A stretch of 64,000 nucleotides of DNA, taken from an uncultured delta proteobacterium. GTDB taxonomy: Bacteria; Desulfobacterota; Binatia; UBA9968. The stretch covers positions 160,001-224,000 of the forward strand of contig CAVSHR010000009.1 of assembly GCA_963727625.1 (NCBI GenBank), in the 5' to 3' direction. The translations under genes were made by a program, and so were the position numbers. Below the pieces are notes generated by a model. It was not told the origin of the DNA. It did no database searches and worked only from the letters and a program-made list of their open reading frames with translations. Positions 40,784-51,107 of this stretch are shown here, piece by piece. Every line of letters begins with the position of its first letter. Position 1 is the first letter of the stretch.

Positions 40784-41998
40784 ATGGATTTTAATGTATC
40801 AGCGGACCCGCCTCATGTCGTGGAATTTCGCAAAGAGGTCGCGGCCTGGATGGCCGAGCAGTTCAAAGGCCACGAGCACCTGCGTTGGTCGGCGTCTTGG
40901 TCGACGCGCGAGGACCAAGACGAGTACAAGTTTCGCCGCGGGTTGGCCGAAAAGTTAGGCGCCAAAGGCTGGCTGTTTCCGCTTTATCCGAAAAAATACG
41001 GTGGCGCCGAGCTCACGGTCGAACACCAGATGGTGCTCGAAACCGAGCTGTTCAATTACGGCCTCAACCTCTCTCACGTATTCTACACCCTGGCGCGCAT
41101 CGTCGCGCCGGTGCTGATCCGCTGGGGCACCGAAGAACAGAAGAATGAATTCTTGGAGCCGATCATGCGCGCGCAAATTTGCGTGTGGCAGGTGCTCACC
41201 GAACCGCACGGCGGCAGCGACATCGCCAATTGCCAAACCAAGGCGATCCGCGACGGCGATGACTACGTCGTCAACGGCCAGAAAGTCATGGTCGGCCATC
41301 ATCTGCCGCCGGACTATCTGTGGACACTGGTGTGCACCAACCCGGGAGGCAAACGCCACGAAAATCTTGCGTGGCTGCATATCCCGGCCAACCTGCCGGG
41401 CATCACCATCCAGCACATGAACATGATGATGGGCATCAAGAACTCCGTGTTCTTCGACAACGTGCGCGTGCCGGCGAAATATTTAATCGGCGGCGAGAAC
41501 AACGGCTGGAAGGTCGCCAGCACCCACATGGAGCTCGAACACGGCGGCGACGGCCGCATCGGCGCCGATCCGCTGATCGAGCGCGTCGTCGAGTACTGCC
41601 GCAAGACCCACATCGATGGCAAGCCGATCCTCGAAGACCCGCGCGTGCGCGATCTGATCGCCGACATGACGATCGAATTGAATACACTGCGCCGTTTCAA
41701 TCAGCTGATTTACTGGCGGCGATTTGCCAAAAAACCGCATCCCTACGGCGGCCCGCAGCAGCGTTACTACCAGCGTATGCTGCGTCTGCGCAACGGCGAG
41801 CGCCTGCAGGCGATCATGGGCGCCGACGCCTTGGAGCAGAATTTATCCGTGCACGAAGTGGTCGATTTTGAATACGCCGTGCGCACCGGCCCCGGCCAGT
41901 TGCACGGCGGCGGCACTCTCGATACCGACCGCTTGATTTTTGCCCGTCGTCTCGGCCTCGGCCGTCCGACCACGGAGAAAGCGCCGGAAACCGACTAA
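40784..41998 (+). CDS. Acyl-CoA dehydrogenase (long subunit of a probable alpha2beta2 pair)
   Basis: KYGGA, LTEPHGGSD, VVNGQK, VFFDNVRVP, GENNGW. Confidence 0.92.
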   Translation: MDFNVSADPPHVVEFRKEVAAWMAEQFKGHEHLRWSASWSTREDQDEYKFRRGLAEKLGAKGWLFPLYPKKYGGAELTVEHQMVLETELFNYGLNLSHVFYTLARIVAPVLIRWGTEEQKNEFLEPIMRAQICVWQVLTEPHGGSDIANCQTKAIRDGDDYVVNGQKVMVGHHLPPDYLWTLVCTNPGGKRHENLAWLHIPANLPGITIQHMNMMMGIKNSVFFDNVRVPAKYLIGGENNGWKVASTHMELEHGGDGRIGADPLIERVVEYCRKTHIDGKPILEDPRVRDLIADMTIELNTLRRFNQLIYWRRFAKKPHPYGGPQQRYYQRMLRLRNGERLQAIMGADALEQNLSVHEVVDFEYAVRTGPGQLHGGGTLDTDRLIFARRLGLGRPTTEKAPETD

Positions 41999-41999
41999 T

Positions 42000-42083
42000 A
42001 GGCATGAGACGAAAGGCGCGAGCCGTGAGCAAGAAACAGAGTTAGGATCTGACTCGCGCCTCATGCCTCACGACTCACGCCTC
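42000..42083. repeat. Inverted arrays of degenerate heptamer repeats
   Basis: AGGCATG AGACGAA AGGCGCG AGCCGTG ... CTCGCGC CTCATGC CTCACGA CTCACGC. Confidence 0.7.
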
Positions 42084-42098
42084 GATAGGAGTTAAACC

Positions 42099-43220
42099 AT
42101 GGACTTGTCGTTAACTGAGACCCAGGAAGAATTTAAAAAAGTAGCGGAGGACTTCGTCAAAGCGGAAGTTCCCGCGCACCAGATGACCCAGTGGTACAAG
42201 AACAAGCAAACCTTCCAACCGCAGCTGGTCAAAAAAGCCGCTGGAATCGGCTGGCTCGGCATGATGTTGCCCGAGGAGTACGGCGGTTCCGGCGTGTCAA
42301 CGATGGATTGCGCCGTAGTGTTCGAGGCGTTGGGGCACGGACCCGTTCCCGGGCCGCTTTTCACTTCGGGGGTGCTCAGCGCCCAGATGATTTTCGAAGC
42401 GTGCACCGAAGCACAGAGAAAAGCCTTGTTACCCGCCATTTGCGACGGCTCATCGATCGTTGTGCCCGCGATCACCGATAAGGCCGCCTATTGGGGACCG
42501 GAGGCGGTCGAGACGCGCCTGAGTAAAACTCCCCGCGGCTACCTCATGAACGGCACCAAACGCTTTGTCTTCGATGGCCAAGCAGCGACGAGTTTCCTCT
42601 GTGCCGCGCGCACCGAGGAAGGCAAAGTGGTCTTCTTGCTCGTCGACGCCAAGAGCCCCGGCGTCACGATCACGCCCCACGTCGGATTCTTTGTTTCCGT
42701 CGCCGAAGTGCGTTTCGACAAAGTGGCCGTCGATCCGGCGAATCTGCTTGGTTCGAGCGGCGCAAGCTGGACCACGCTCGAAGCGGCTTTGGACAAAGCC
42801 TTGCCGGTACTCTCCGCCTATCAGGTCGGCGCCACTCAGGAAGTGTTTGACACGACCTGCGAGTACACGCGCACCCGCGTCGTCTTCGGCCAGCCCATCG
42901 GCCGCTTCCAACGCGTGCAGGATCACTGTGTCGATATTTCGATCAATCTCGATATGGCGCGCTGGGCGACCTACGAAACCATATGGCGCATCGACAGCGG
43001 CATGCCAGCCCGCGCCGCGGTGCACGAAGCCAAAGCAACCGCCAGCGACGGTTATTATCACGGGACCAATTATGCGCACATGGTTTGGGCCGGACCCGGC
43101 ACCGACTACAGTCATCCGATGATGGCGCACAGCGTGCTCGCGCACACGCTCTATCAATATTTGGGCACGCCGGGGCACCATAAACGACTGATGATCGACG
43201 CGCTTTATCCCAGAGCGTAA
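42099..43220 (+). CDS. Acyl-CoA dehydrogenase (short partner subunit)
   Basis: PEEYGGSG, NGTKRFV, RVVFGQPIGRFQRVQ. Confidence 0.92.
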   Translation: MDLSLTETQEEFKKVAEDFVKAEVPAHQMTQWYKNKQTFQPQLVKKAAGIGWLGMMLPEEYGGSGVSTMDCAVVFEALGHGPVPGPLFTSGVLSAQMIFEACTEAQRKALLPAICDGSSIVVPAITDKAAYWGPEAVETRLSKTPRGYLMNGTKRFVFDGQAATSFLCAARTEEGKVVFLLVDAKSPGVTITPHVGFFVSVAEVRFDKVAVDPANLLGSSGASWTTLEAALDKALPVLSAYQVGATQEVFDTTCEYTRTRVVFGQPIGRFQRVQDHCVDISINLDMARWATYETIWRIDSGMPARAAVHEAKATASDGYYHGTNYAHMVWAGPGTDYSHPMMAHSVLAHTLYQYLGTPGHHKRLMIDALYPRA

Positions 43221-43224
43221 TAAA

Positions 43225-43296
43225 ATGTCTCGTGTCTGGAGTTCCGAGTCTGGCATTTTTCCAAAACCCGAGGCTCTAGACGCGAGACCTGAGACA
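43225..43296. repeat. Degenerate heptamer inverted repeat, possible terminator
   Basis: tgtctcgtgtctggag...ctctagacgcgagacctgagaca; related element at ~40704-40766. Confidence 0.55.
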
Positions 43297-44352
43297 GATT
43301 TTTAGCTCAGAAGGAATATCGTTATATCAAAGCCAAACTGGTGCGCGCCTGCGACGATTATGCGGGCAAATTCCGGAACTTTCTAAGCTTATGATTTACA
43401 ACGATCTCGCGAGCAATTTTGAGTTAATTTTCTTAAAATCGATAAGCGCGCGAAATTAAAAGGAGCTAGGTAAAATCGCAAAACTGCTCAAAAAGAAAAT
43501 CAGTGAGCTGCTGCTCATTTGGCATGCAGTTCTGCTCAATTATTGAGGTTTGTAAAATATTGTGACGGATCGCAATGCTTTTTCCCCTATGAATGTCGGC
43601 CAAAAGCTAGTCACTATAATCTGCAAACATCAATAGTAGTCACAACGAGCAGAATTCATTCCGACGTATACCCTCGCAGTCAAGCAAGTCCCGGGAAAAA
43701 CCGGGAAAAACTAAGCGCTGGACAAATTAAACGCGGTTGAGTAAGTAGAGCAGCGGATCGCTGGACCGACTGGCGGCGCAACCGTCGACCGCTCTGATAG
43801 CTTCCACGCGAGGTCGAACCCAATACGCCAGGCACTCAGTACGCCGAGGGTGAACAATTTAGAATAGAAGTTTCTACCAATAACTCACTGACAACTCTGA
43901 TCAAACGGAAGAGAGTTGTGAGTATGGATAACGGGTAACGGTTTCGTACAGTCGTTTTGGTCTGGCGCCGGGCATCAAAAGACCTCGGACTTCCGGTCGT
44001 GCCCAGGGCTTCTTCGATGACGCCAGCAATTTTTGGCCACCGTCGTCTGACTGGATTGAAAACGGTTGCGGAAAAATTCTTAAACGGGTATGAGCTGGAC
44101 TTGATTGCCATGCAAAGCGCCGCCGGTCGTTGCCATAATGTCGTTCTCCTGCTTCGATTTCGCGCCCGAGACGCTGCCCGGATACTCGCCAGCCTCTGAC
44201 TGTGCCGGTCACGTTTGATTTCCACGAATCAGCATTCCAAGGGCAAAGGATGTCACCGCGCGTCATGCCGACTTGCTTGATTTCGGCGTGGATCGACTGC
44301 AAAAGTTGTCGATGAAAAATACACAGATGTAATTAGACATGGGAGGTCAGTA

Positions 44353-45408
44353 ATGATGAAGTTGCTAAGAATGATCACAGTCGCCCTGCTGTTGGTTCCG
44401 TCCATACTCGACGCGCAAACGCGCAAGCCGATGACGATCGCCGAGTTGGTCACTTATAAAGGCGCCGACCGGGAGCAGGTCCTTTACAACGGCGCAAAAG
44501 CCGAAGGGAAAGTGACCTGGTATACCTCGCTCGCTGGAAACTCGTACAAAGCGATGGTCAAAGCTTTCCAAAGTAAATATCCCGGCGTAAGTGTTGAAGC
44601 CTATCGGGTATCGGGCTCGGACATGACTACACGGATGTACGAGGAATCAAAAGCCAAAAGATATATCGCCGACACCGTCGAAACTACCGAGGGCAATTTG
44701 ATGTTCATGCGCGAAGCCTTTCTTTTGCGCCCCTATCACTCGCCGTATTTTGCCTCCTATCCGGAAGACGCCAAGGAAAAAAGCGAAAAAGGTTTATATT
44801 TTTGGGGCATCGCCCGCGAGTCCTATATCGGCTTCGCTTACAACACCAAACTTCTTCCCAAGAATGCCGTGCCGAAGAACTTTGAAGGATTGCTTCATCC
44901 CGCGCTGAAAAACCGCATGGGCGTGTCGGTGAGCGATCCGACTTATAAAGTTATCGGCGCCATGATCAAGACCAGGGGGCTGGAGTTCGTCAAAAAGCTC
45001 AAGGTCCAGGGTATCGCCCTGCATACGATCATCCCGCCGGCGCTGCTCGACTTGATCGCCTCGGGTGAAGTGCTCGCCTCGCCGGTGATCTTTCGCAACC
45101 ACACTTTGAACGCCATCGCCAAAGGAGCGCCGGTGGCTTGGGTGCCGATGGACCTCGTGCCGACCAACGTTGGCGGCGCCGCGATCTCCGTCCAACCGCC
45201 CCATCCCCATGGCGCTTTGCTTTTAGCGGACTACCTGTTGGGTCCCGAAGGCCAGGCGGTGCTGGCAAAATTTGAATATGGCAGCGCAAAGAAGAACCTG
45301 GGTTTCAAACGCTGGCGCCCGGACCATGGCGTAGCCACCGAGAAATACGAAAAAGAGCTCGAACGTTGGGAAAAGCTGATGAAGGAAATCAGCCGCGGGG
45401 CGATGTAA
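44353..45408 (+). CDS. Extracellular solute-binding protein (family 1), paralog of 38124..39167
   Basis: YKGADREQ, WYTSLAG, WVPMDLVP, PHPHGALL shared with the paralog. Confidence 0.9.
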   Translation: MMKLLRMITVALLLVPSILDAQTRKPMTIAELVTYKGADREQVLYNGAKAEGKVTWYTSLAGNSYKAMVKAFQSKYPGVSVEAYRVSGSDMTTRMYEESKAKRYIADTVETTEGNLMFMREAFLLRPYHSPYFASYPEDAKEKSEKGLYFWGIARESYIGFAYNTKLLPKNAVPKNFEGLLHPALKNRMGVSVSDPTYKVIGAMIKTRGLEFVKKLKVQGIALHTIIPPALLDLIASGEVLASPVIFRNHTLNAIAKGAPVAWVPMDLVPTNVGGAAISVQPPHPHGALLLADYLLGPEGQAVLAKFEYGSAKKNLGFKRWRPDHGVATEKYEKELERWEKLMKEISRGAM

Positions 45409-45548
45409 CAAATTAGCCAAAGGCCGTTCAAGCTGCGCGCCGCTATATCAAGAATCGTCGAAGGCCCCGAAGGATGAAGATCTCTATATTTCAGACTTCG
45501 TGGCCTTCCCGGCGGCCTTGTTTTGATCTTTGGATCGCCGCCGATATC

Positions 45549-45849
45549 CTACTTTTGCTCGTAGAGCTTGTTGAAAAACCCGCTTTTCTCCAGCTTCTGC
45601 GCGAGCGCGACCACAGAGATCAACAACGCGATCATCCCCCCTTCCGGAAAAACGCTTTCATCAAATTCTCCTTCCGCCGCGGCAAGTCTGATCCGAAGCA
45701 GCGACAAAGGGCAAATCTTCTTCTTTGGGATCGATGGCAAGATACACGGTGCCGAGGAGCCTCTCATGGGAACCGGTTGGGCCGAAAGAGGCGCCGCCGA
45801 TGAAAGCCGTCTTAGCGGTAAACTCCAGGCGGATTTGATTGCGCGACAT
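45549..45849 (-). pseudogene. Chimeric remnant: alpha/beta-hydrolase-domain N-terminus joined to an SBP-like C-terminus
   Basis: RLEFTAKTAFIGGASFGPTGSHERLLGTVYLAIDP, then KLEKSGFFNKLY in another frame. Confidence 0.5.
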
Positions 45850-45882
45850 CGACGCGTCCTCCCGATCTCGATCAGCGGTGGT

Positions 45883-47616
45883 TCATTCTCGTCGCGGTTC
45901 CATCGCGGCGTTTACGCCGCAGATATAACCCTGGGTGGCACAGCGGCCCATGCCATGCTGATTGAAGCCGCCCGCCGACTCGCCGGCGCAATACAGACCG
46001 GGAATGACTTTCCCGTTCATGTCGACCACTTGGCAGCTCGCGTTGATACGCAGGCCGGAACGCGTGTCGTGGACAATGACCGTTCCCCAGGCGGCGTAGA
46101 ACGGCGGCTTTTCGATCTTGTACTTGGGCGCGGGCTTGCCAAAATCCTCATCTATCCCTTTATCGACGAATGAGTTGTAGCGCTCGACGGTGGCCCGCAA
46201 CACTTCGCCTTTCATCGGCTTCGTCTGATACTCGTTCTTGATCGCCGCGGCAAGCTCTGGAATTGTGTTGGCGCTAAAAAAATATCCGTCGGTGTCGACG
46301 TAGGGCGGCACCACTTTCCAGCCCTCGCGCGCCACCGCGTCGGCGTCGAAGATCGCCCATTGCGGCCCAGCGGGATAGTCGGGCGGCTCGGAGTATTCGT
46401 TCATCGCCAGCGCGGCATGAACGAAATTGTATTTCGTCGGGTTGTAGCCGAGCTTCTCCATGTTGCGATAATCGTTGGGCGTATACGGCGTTACTTGTTG
46501 ACCGTTGTTGCCATGCGGCGGATCCCCCTTGGTCTCGTCGTAAAATCGCTTGCCGACTTGATTGACGAGGATGAGATCCTGCCATTCTTTGACATTGAAA
46601 CCGGTCGCCTTTACCAGTGGAAAGATCGGGCTCTCCACCTTCCACGTGGTGTAATTGTATTTCGTCGCCAGCGCGCGCTGCGCGCGCATGGTCGCGCCGT
46701 TCTCCATCGCTTGATGATTCAATCCCCACAACGACGCGCCGATGGCCATCGCCGCCAACTCGCCGCTGGCGTCCTGATAGCTGTAAGGTTCACCACCCAC
46801 CTGCACCTCGGGCGTCAAGCGCGGATCGAACATGCGGCGAAACTCCACATGGCTGGTGCTGCCGCCGGTGGCGACGATCACCGCCTTGCGCGCGCGCAGC
46901 GCCACGGTCGGTTTGGCCCTGTCAATGTTGCCCTCGGAGCGAAAACTTTTCAGCGGCGTCGACGCACCCGGCATGATATGCGGGTTGTATTGTGCCGTGA
47001 TGCCGATCACGCGGCCGGCAGCATCGGCTTCCTCGCGCAGAATGCTGGTCATTTTGTAATTCAACAGAAACCGCACGCCTTTCTTGCGCGCGCGCGCTTC
47101 CAGCGGTCGAATCACCAGAGTGCCATTGGCGGCGTTGGGACTTTCGAGACCCGCGCCTTGTTTCCACACCACGTGGTTTTCCCGGGGCGCCGAGTTGCCG
47201 GTGGTCGAGGCACCGTGATTGTCCGGCGCCTTATCGTCGAAAACAACGCCGTTTTCCAGCAGGAATTCGAACACAATCGCGCAGTGATCCGCGAACGCGC
47301 GCATTACGGCGCGGTCGTTATAGCGAAAATCAGGCGTGCCGTTGGGCTGGACGATCGACCAATCGGTGAGATCGGAAAAGACTACATCCGGCGAGTCTTC
47401 GATGCCGTATTTTCTCTGTGCACTGGTGCCGCCGCCGAGCGCCATATGCCCGCCGCTCAAAATCGCGTGCCCGCCGACGTCGTAATTCGCCTCCACGACG
47501 ATGACCGACGCGCCGCCCTCCACCGCCTTGATCGCCGCCGGCAGCCCCGCCGCCCCCGACCCGATCACCAATACGTCCGTCTCAAGATCCCACTTATTCG
47601 GTGCTGCTTGTCCCAT
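45883..47616 (-). CDS. FAD-dependent oxidoreductase (fumarate reductase flavoprotein/KstD-like, FAD_binding_2)
   Basis: VIGSGAAG, VATGG, DEDFGK, IPGLYCAGESAGG. Confidence 0.9.
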   Translation of the reverse strand: MGQAAPNKWDLETDVLVIGSGAAGLPAAIKAVEGGASVIVVEANYDVGGHAILSGGHMALGGGTSAQRKYGIEDSPDVVFSDLTDWSIVQPNGTPDFRYNDRAVMRAFADHCAIVFEFLLENGVVFDDKAPDNHGASTTGNSAPRENHVVWKQGAGLESPNAANGTLVIRPLEARARKKGVRFLLNYKMTSILREEADAAGRVIGITAQYNPHIMPGASTPLKSFRSEGNIDRAKPTVALRARKAVIVATGGSTSHVEFRRMFDPRLTPEVQVGGEPYSYQDASGELAAMAIGASLWGLNHQAMENGATMRAQRALATKYNYTTWKVESPIFPLVKATGFNVKEWQDLILVNQVGKRFYDETKGDPPHGNNGQQVTPYTPNDYRNMEKLGYNPTKYNFVHAALAMNEYSEPPDYPAGPQWAIFDADAVAREGWKVVPPYVDTDGYFFSANTIPELAAAIKNEYQTKPMKGEVLRATVERYNSFVDKGIDEDFGKPAPKYKIEKPPFYAAWGTVIVHDTRSGLRINASCQVVDMNGKVIPGLYCAGESAGGFNQHGMGRCATQGYICGVNAAMEPRRE

Positions 47617-47715
47617 GCCTTATGTTCCTTCAGTTAGAGTTCAGCATCGATTACAACCGTAAAAGTTAAAATACAATAGATGGAAAACTCTTACAGTGTG
47701 ATTTCAATGACCCGA

Positions 47716-47991
47716 GCGATCTTGCAGCAGCAAATTTTTCCCGATTTTATCGTCTCGCCGGAGCTGCATCCGGGAATCGGTGACGCGGCCTACGCCTTCG
47801 ACCCCGACGGCCACTGCCTGGAACCGACCTGTGCCATGGAACAGGTCGGCTGGGATGGCAAACCGCGGCCGAAAGAGCTGCGCCGCAAGGTCAATCCTAA
47901 CAACTGGCCCGATAGGCTTGAGCCGCTGTCAGACACCTATACCGGCGAACCCTTCACGGCCCTTGGGCTTAAGTTTAAAATTCAAGAATAG
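47716..47991 (+). pseudogene. C-terminal remnant of a VOC/glyoxalase (extradiol dioxygenase-like) protein
   Basis: ELHPGI..AYAFDPDGHCLE..MEQVGWDGKPRP. Confidence 0.6.
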
Positions 47992-48174
47992 CGCGGAGGA
48001 GATCTGTGACCGATCTCTCCCGTTGAGTTTTTGCCCTTACTTCTTAAGGCTGGCTGCTCTTTAAGCAACAATTGTCTTGCTCCTCTGTTTTGATATATAG
48101 CAATCCATAGTGCGTTTCGGGTTTCACTCACCCGAAGCCGCCGAGCCGAGACCGGAAACCGCGAGAACCTAACG

Positions 48175-49866
48175 ATGAATATGATGATGCGTAATCCCAC
48201 CCAGTTGCTGTTCCTTTTTACCACAGCAGCGCTGGCCTATTTGGTTCTGCCGCCGTTTTTCTTCATTCTTCACACCAGTTTGGTAACCGACCGCGGACTT
48301 CAAGCCGGCTCATTCACGATTCAGCACTTCATCAACATTATCGACTCTCTCGGCGACGTTAAAACTTTGCTAAGCAATTCGTTGATCTACGCGGTGAGCA
48401 GTTCAGCCGTGGCACTCGTTTACGGCACCGCCCTCGCCTGGCTCGCCGAGCGCAGCGATGCGCCGTTTCGCAAACTCGCCTACGTCTCCGCCTACGTATC
48501 CTTCGCCATCCCGGGCATTATTAAGGTCGTCGGCTGGATCATGTTGCTCGGGCCCAAGGCGGGCATGCTAAATGCCGTCGGGATGGCGCTCATCGGGGCG
48601 CCTTTTTTAAACATCTTTTCCATGGGCGGCATGATCTTGGTGGAAAGTTTTCTCTGGATACCCATCGTTTTCTTGCTTATGTCGACGCCGTTCCGTTCCA
48701 TGGACCCGTCATTGGAGGAAGCCGCAACCACCGCGGGCAGCAGCAGTTGGCAGGTATTTCGCCGGGTAACTTTTCCCTTAGCGGTGCCCAGCGTACTGGC
48801 CGTGCTGATTTTAACCTTCATACGCTCTTTGGAAGCCTTCGAGATTCCGGCTCTGATCGGTATTCCCGCCGGCATCGAAGTGCTGACAACGAAAATTTAT
48901 TTGCAGATTAAAGGCGGCCTCATTCCCAAGTACGGCGAGGCCAGCGCATACTCGATAGTCCTGATCTGTCTGGTCGCGCTCGGACTAATTCCTTATTACC
49001 GGATCACCAGCAAAACCTATAAATTCACGACCATCAGCGGCAAAAACTTTCGCCCCAGTCGCATTGCGTTGGGAAAATGGCGCTGGTTCGGCGGCATGCT
49101 CATGCTGGTATTGCCGCTGCTCCAGTTTTTTCCCATCGCTGCCATCGCCTGGTCGTCTTTTTTGCCCTTTGCCCAGGTGCCGTCGTGGAAGGCGCTGGAG
49201 CTTTTGACCGTCGGTAATTACATCACGGCGTTCAATGACAGCGGCATCATCCGCTCGATCATGAACAGTTTAACCGTGAGCGTCTCGTCGGCAACCATCG
49301 CGGTGATCATCACCTTTTTCGCCGCCTGGTTGATCGTGCGCGCGTCGATCAAGGGGCGCTGGATCCTCGATCACATGGCGATGCTGCCGCTGGTTTTTCC
49401 CGGCATCGTCATGGGCATCGCGATTTTGAAAATGTATCTGATATTGCCGATTCCAGTTTACGGCACGATCTGGATTCTGGTGCTGGCATTCGTCGCCCGC
49501 TATCTGCCCTACGGCATCCGCTTTAGCCATTCGGCGCTCTTGGGCCTGCATAAAGAGCTCGAAGAAGGTGCCTTGGCGAGCGGCGCCAGCTGGTTACAAA
49601 TGGTTCGCCACGTCGTCGTGCCGCTGATCATGCCGGCGCTTTTGGCCGGCTGGATCTATATTTTTCTGATCACGTTCAAGGAACTCTCCATCGCGCTGCT
49701 GCTCTACTCGCCCGGGTCGCAAGTTGTGGCGGTGACGATTTGGGAGCTGTGGGACAACGGCCATGTCGGCGAGTTGGCGGCCTTCAGCTTGATCATTACC
49801 ATCGGCACCGTGTTTGTCGGTTCGGTCTTTCTCAACATCGCCCAGCGTTACGGGCTGCAGGACTAA
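48175..49866 (+). CDS. ABC transporter permease, FbpB-like; paralog of 36200..37957
   Basis: MDPSLEEAA, IRSLEAFEIPAL, HKELEE. Confidence 0.93.
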   Translation: MNMMMRNPTQLLFLFTTAALAYLVLPPFFFILHTSLVTDRGLQAGSFTIQHFINIIDSLGDVKTLLSNSLIYAVSSSAVALVYGTALAWLAERSDAPFRKLAYVSAYVSFAIPGIIKVVGWIMLLGPKAGMLNAVGMALIGAPFLNIFSMGGMILVESFLWIPIVFLLMSTPFRSMDPSLEEAATTAGSSSWQVFRRVTFPLAVPSVLAVLILTFIRSLEAFEIPALIGIPAGIEVLTTKIYLQIKGGLIPKYGEASAYSIVLICLVALGLIPYYRITSKTYKFTTISGKNFRPSRIALGKWRWFGGMLMLVLPLLQFFPIAAIAWSSFLPFAQVPSWKALELLTVGNYITAFNDSGIIRSIMNSLTVSVSSATIAVIITFFAAWLIVRASIKGRWILDHMAMLPLVFPGIVMGIAILKMYLILPIPVYGTIWILVLAFVARYLPYGIRFSHSALLGLHKELEEGALASGASWLQMVRHVVVPLIMPALLAGWIYIFLITFKELSIALLLYSPGSQVVAVTIWELWDNGHVGELAAFSLIITIGTVFVGSVFLNIAQRYGLQD

Positions 49867-49983
49867 CTGGACGAGCATGCTCCGGTTGAACTTTGAACTT
49901 TTGAACCTTGAACAACTCACATCATTCAAATGTTCAAGGGTTCAAGGTTCAACGATTGTCTTTCAGATTTTGGAGGTTTGATC

Positions 49984-50988
49984 GTGGATTTTAAAATCAT
50001 CGATGCCGACGCCCATCATTTGGACGGGCCGGCCTATAAGCAATATCTACCCGAAAAATATCGCGCCCGCAGCGGCCCCTATTTTCCGTCATTCGGCTGG
50101 GACATTTTTTTGAACAACACCACCGGCCGCAAACCGACCACTCCGGACGAATACTGCAAAGACTTGGACGTGGAAAAAATCGGCGATGCCGTGGCCTATC
50201 CGAGCAACGCTTTGTCTATCGGTCTCGTGCGCGAACTCGATCTCGCCGCCGAGCTGGCGAAAGCCTATAACGACTGGGCCTGCGAATTTTGCAAGACTAG
50301 CGGCAATCGGGTCAAGTACGCCGCCGTCATCGCGCCGCAGGTTGTGCCCGAGGCCGTGAAAGAGGTCCGCCGCGCCGTCACCGAAAAAGGCGCGGTCGGT
50401 GTGATGATGCCGACCTACGTCCAACAGGGACTGGATCTCGGCCAGCCGCAATTCGATCCGATCTACGCCGAAGCCCAGGGCCTCGGCGTCCCGGTCGGTT
50501 TTCATGCCACCGCGCAGGTCGCCGTCGGAAACACCCGTTTTCACAAATATCTCGGCGTGCACATGACCTCGCATCCCTTCGAGCAGATGCTGTCGATCGT
50601 CTCGATTATCTCCAACGGCGTGCTCGACCGCTTTCCCATGCTGAAAGTCGGTTTTCTTGAGGCCGGCGTCGGCTTTTTGCCCTACTGGATGGAGCGCTTC
50701 GACGAGAAGTATCACCTGAGAAGCGCCGAGATGGAGCCGCTCAAGATGCTGCCGAGCGAATACATCAAAGATCATCGCTGCTACTTCACCTGTGAGGGCG
50801 AAGAGTCCGCGCTGCCGCTGGTCATTGAGCAGTTCGGCGACAAATGCATGATGTACGCCTCCGACTATCCGCATTGGGACATGGAGTGGCCGCATAGCGT
50901 CAGCCAGGTCGTCCGCCGCAAGGACATCACCGACAAGACCAAGCAGAATATCCTCGCGGACAACGCCAAAGCTTTCTATCGGTTCTAG
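49984..50988 (+). CDS. Amidohydrolase family 2 (decarboxylase/hydratase-like)
   Basis: IIDADAH, AYNDW, FLEAG, YASDYPHWD; GTG start after GGAGG. Confidence 0.92.
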   Translation: MDFKIIDADAHHLDGPAYKQYLPEKYRARSGPYFPSFGWDIFLNNTTGRKPTTPDEYCKDLDVEKIGDAVAYPSNALSIGLVRELDLAAELAKAYNDWACEFCKTSGNRVKYAAVIAPQVVPEAVKEVRRAVTEKGAVGVMMPTYVQQGLDLGQPQFDPIYAEAQGLGVPVGFHATAQVAVGNTRFHKYLGVHMTSHPFEQMLSIVSIISNGVLDRFPMLKVGFLEAGVGFLPYWMERFDEKYHLRSAEMEPLKMLPSEYIKDHRCYFTCEGEESALPLVIEQFGDKCMMYASDYPHWDMEWPHSVSQVVRRKDITDKTKQNILADNAKAFYRF

Positions 50989-51107
50989 CCCCATTGCTAG
51001 ATGCCGAACCGCGTGTGCTCGTGAGCGCGGCTCGTTGCACATGAGCGCGCGTTGAACTATTGAACGTTTGAACCCTTGAACGAACCTAAACCCACGGAGA
51101 ATTGAAA

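Noticed and set aside
43519-43537. Sigma54 promoter TGGCATGCAGTTCTGCT
   Set aside because: GG-to-GC spacing is one base too long for the strict -24/-12 consensus.
43680-43730. c-di-GMP-I riboswitch-like cccgg-gaaaaa-ccggg hairpin
   Set aside because: Conserved GGCAAAC/GACGCAAAGC and P1/P3 elements are not matched.
46360-47637. Long antisense ORFs (e.g. 46360..47637, 50089..51042, 8879..9742, 4173..4991)
   Set aside because: Shadow frames of well-supported GC-rich genes with no family motifs.
1511-51084. Repeat arrays as CRISPR
   Set aside because: Units are 7-9 nt and degenerate, without unique spacers, and there are no cas genes.
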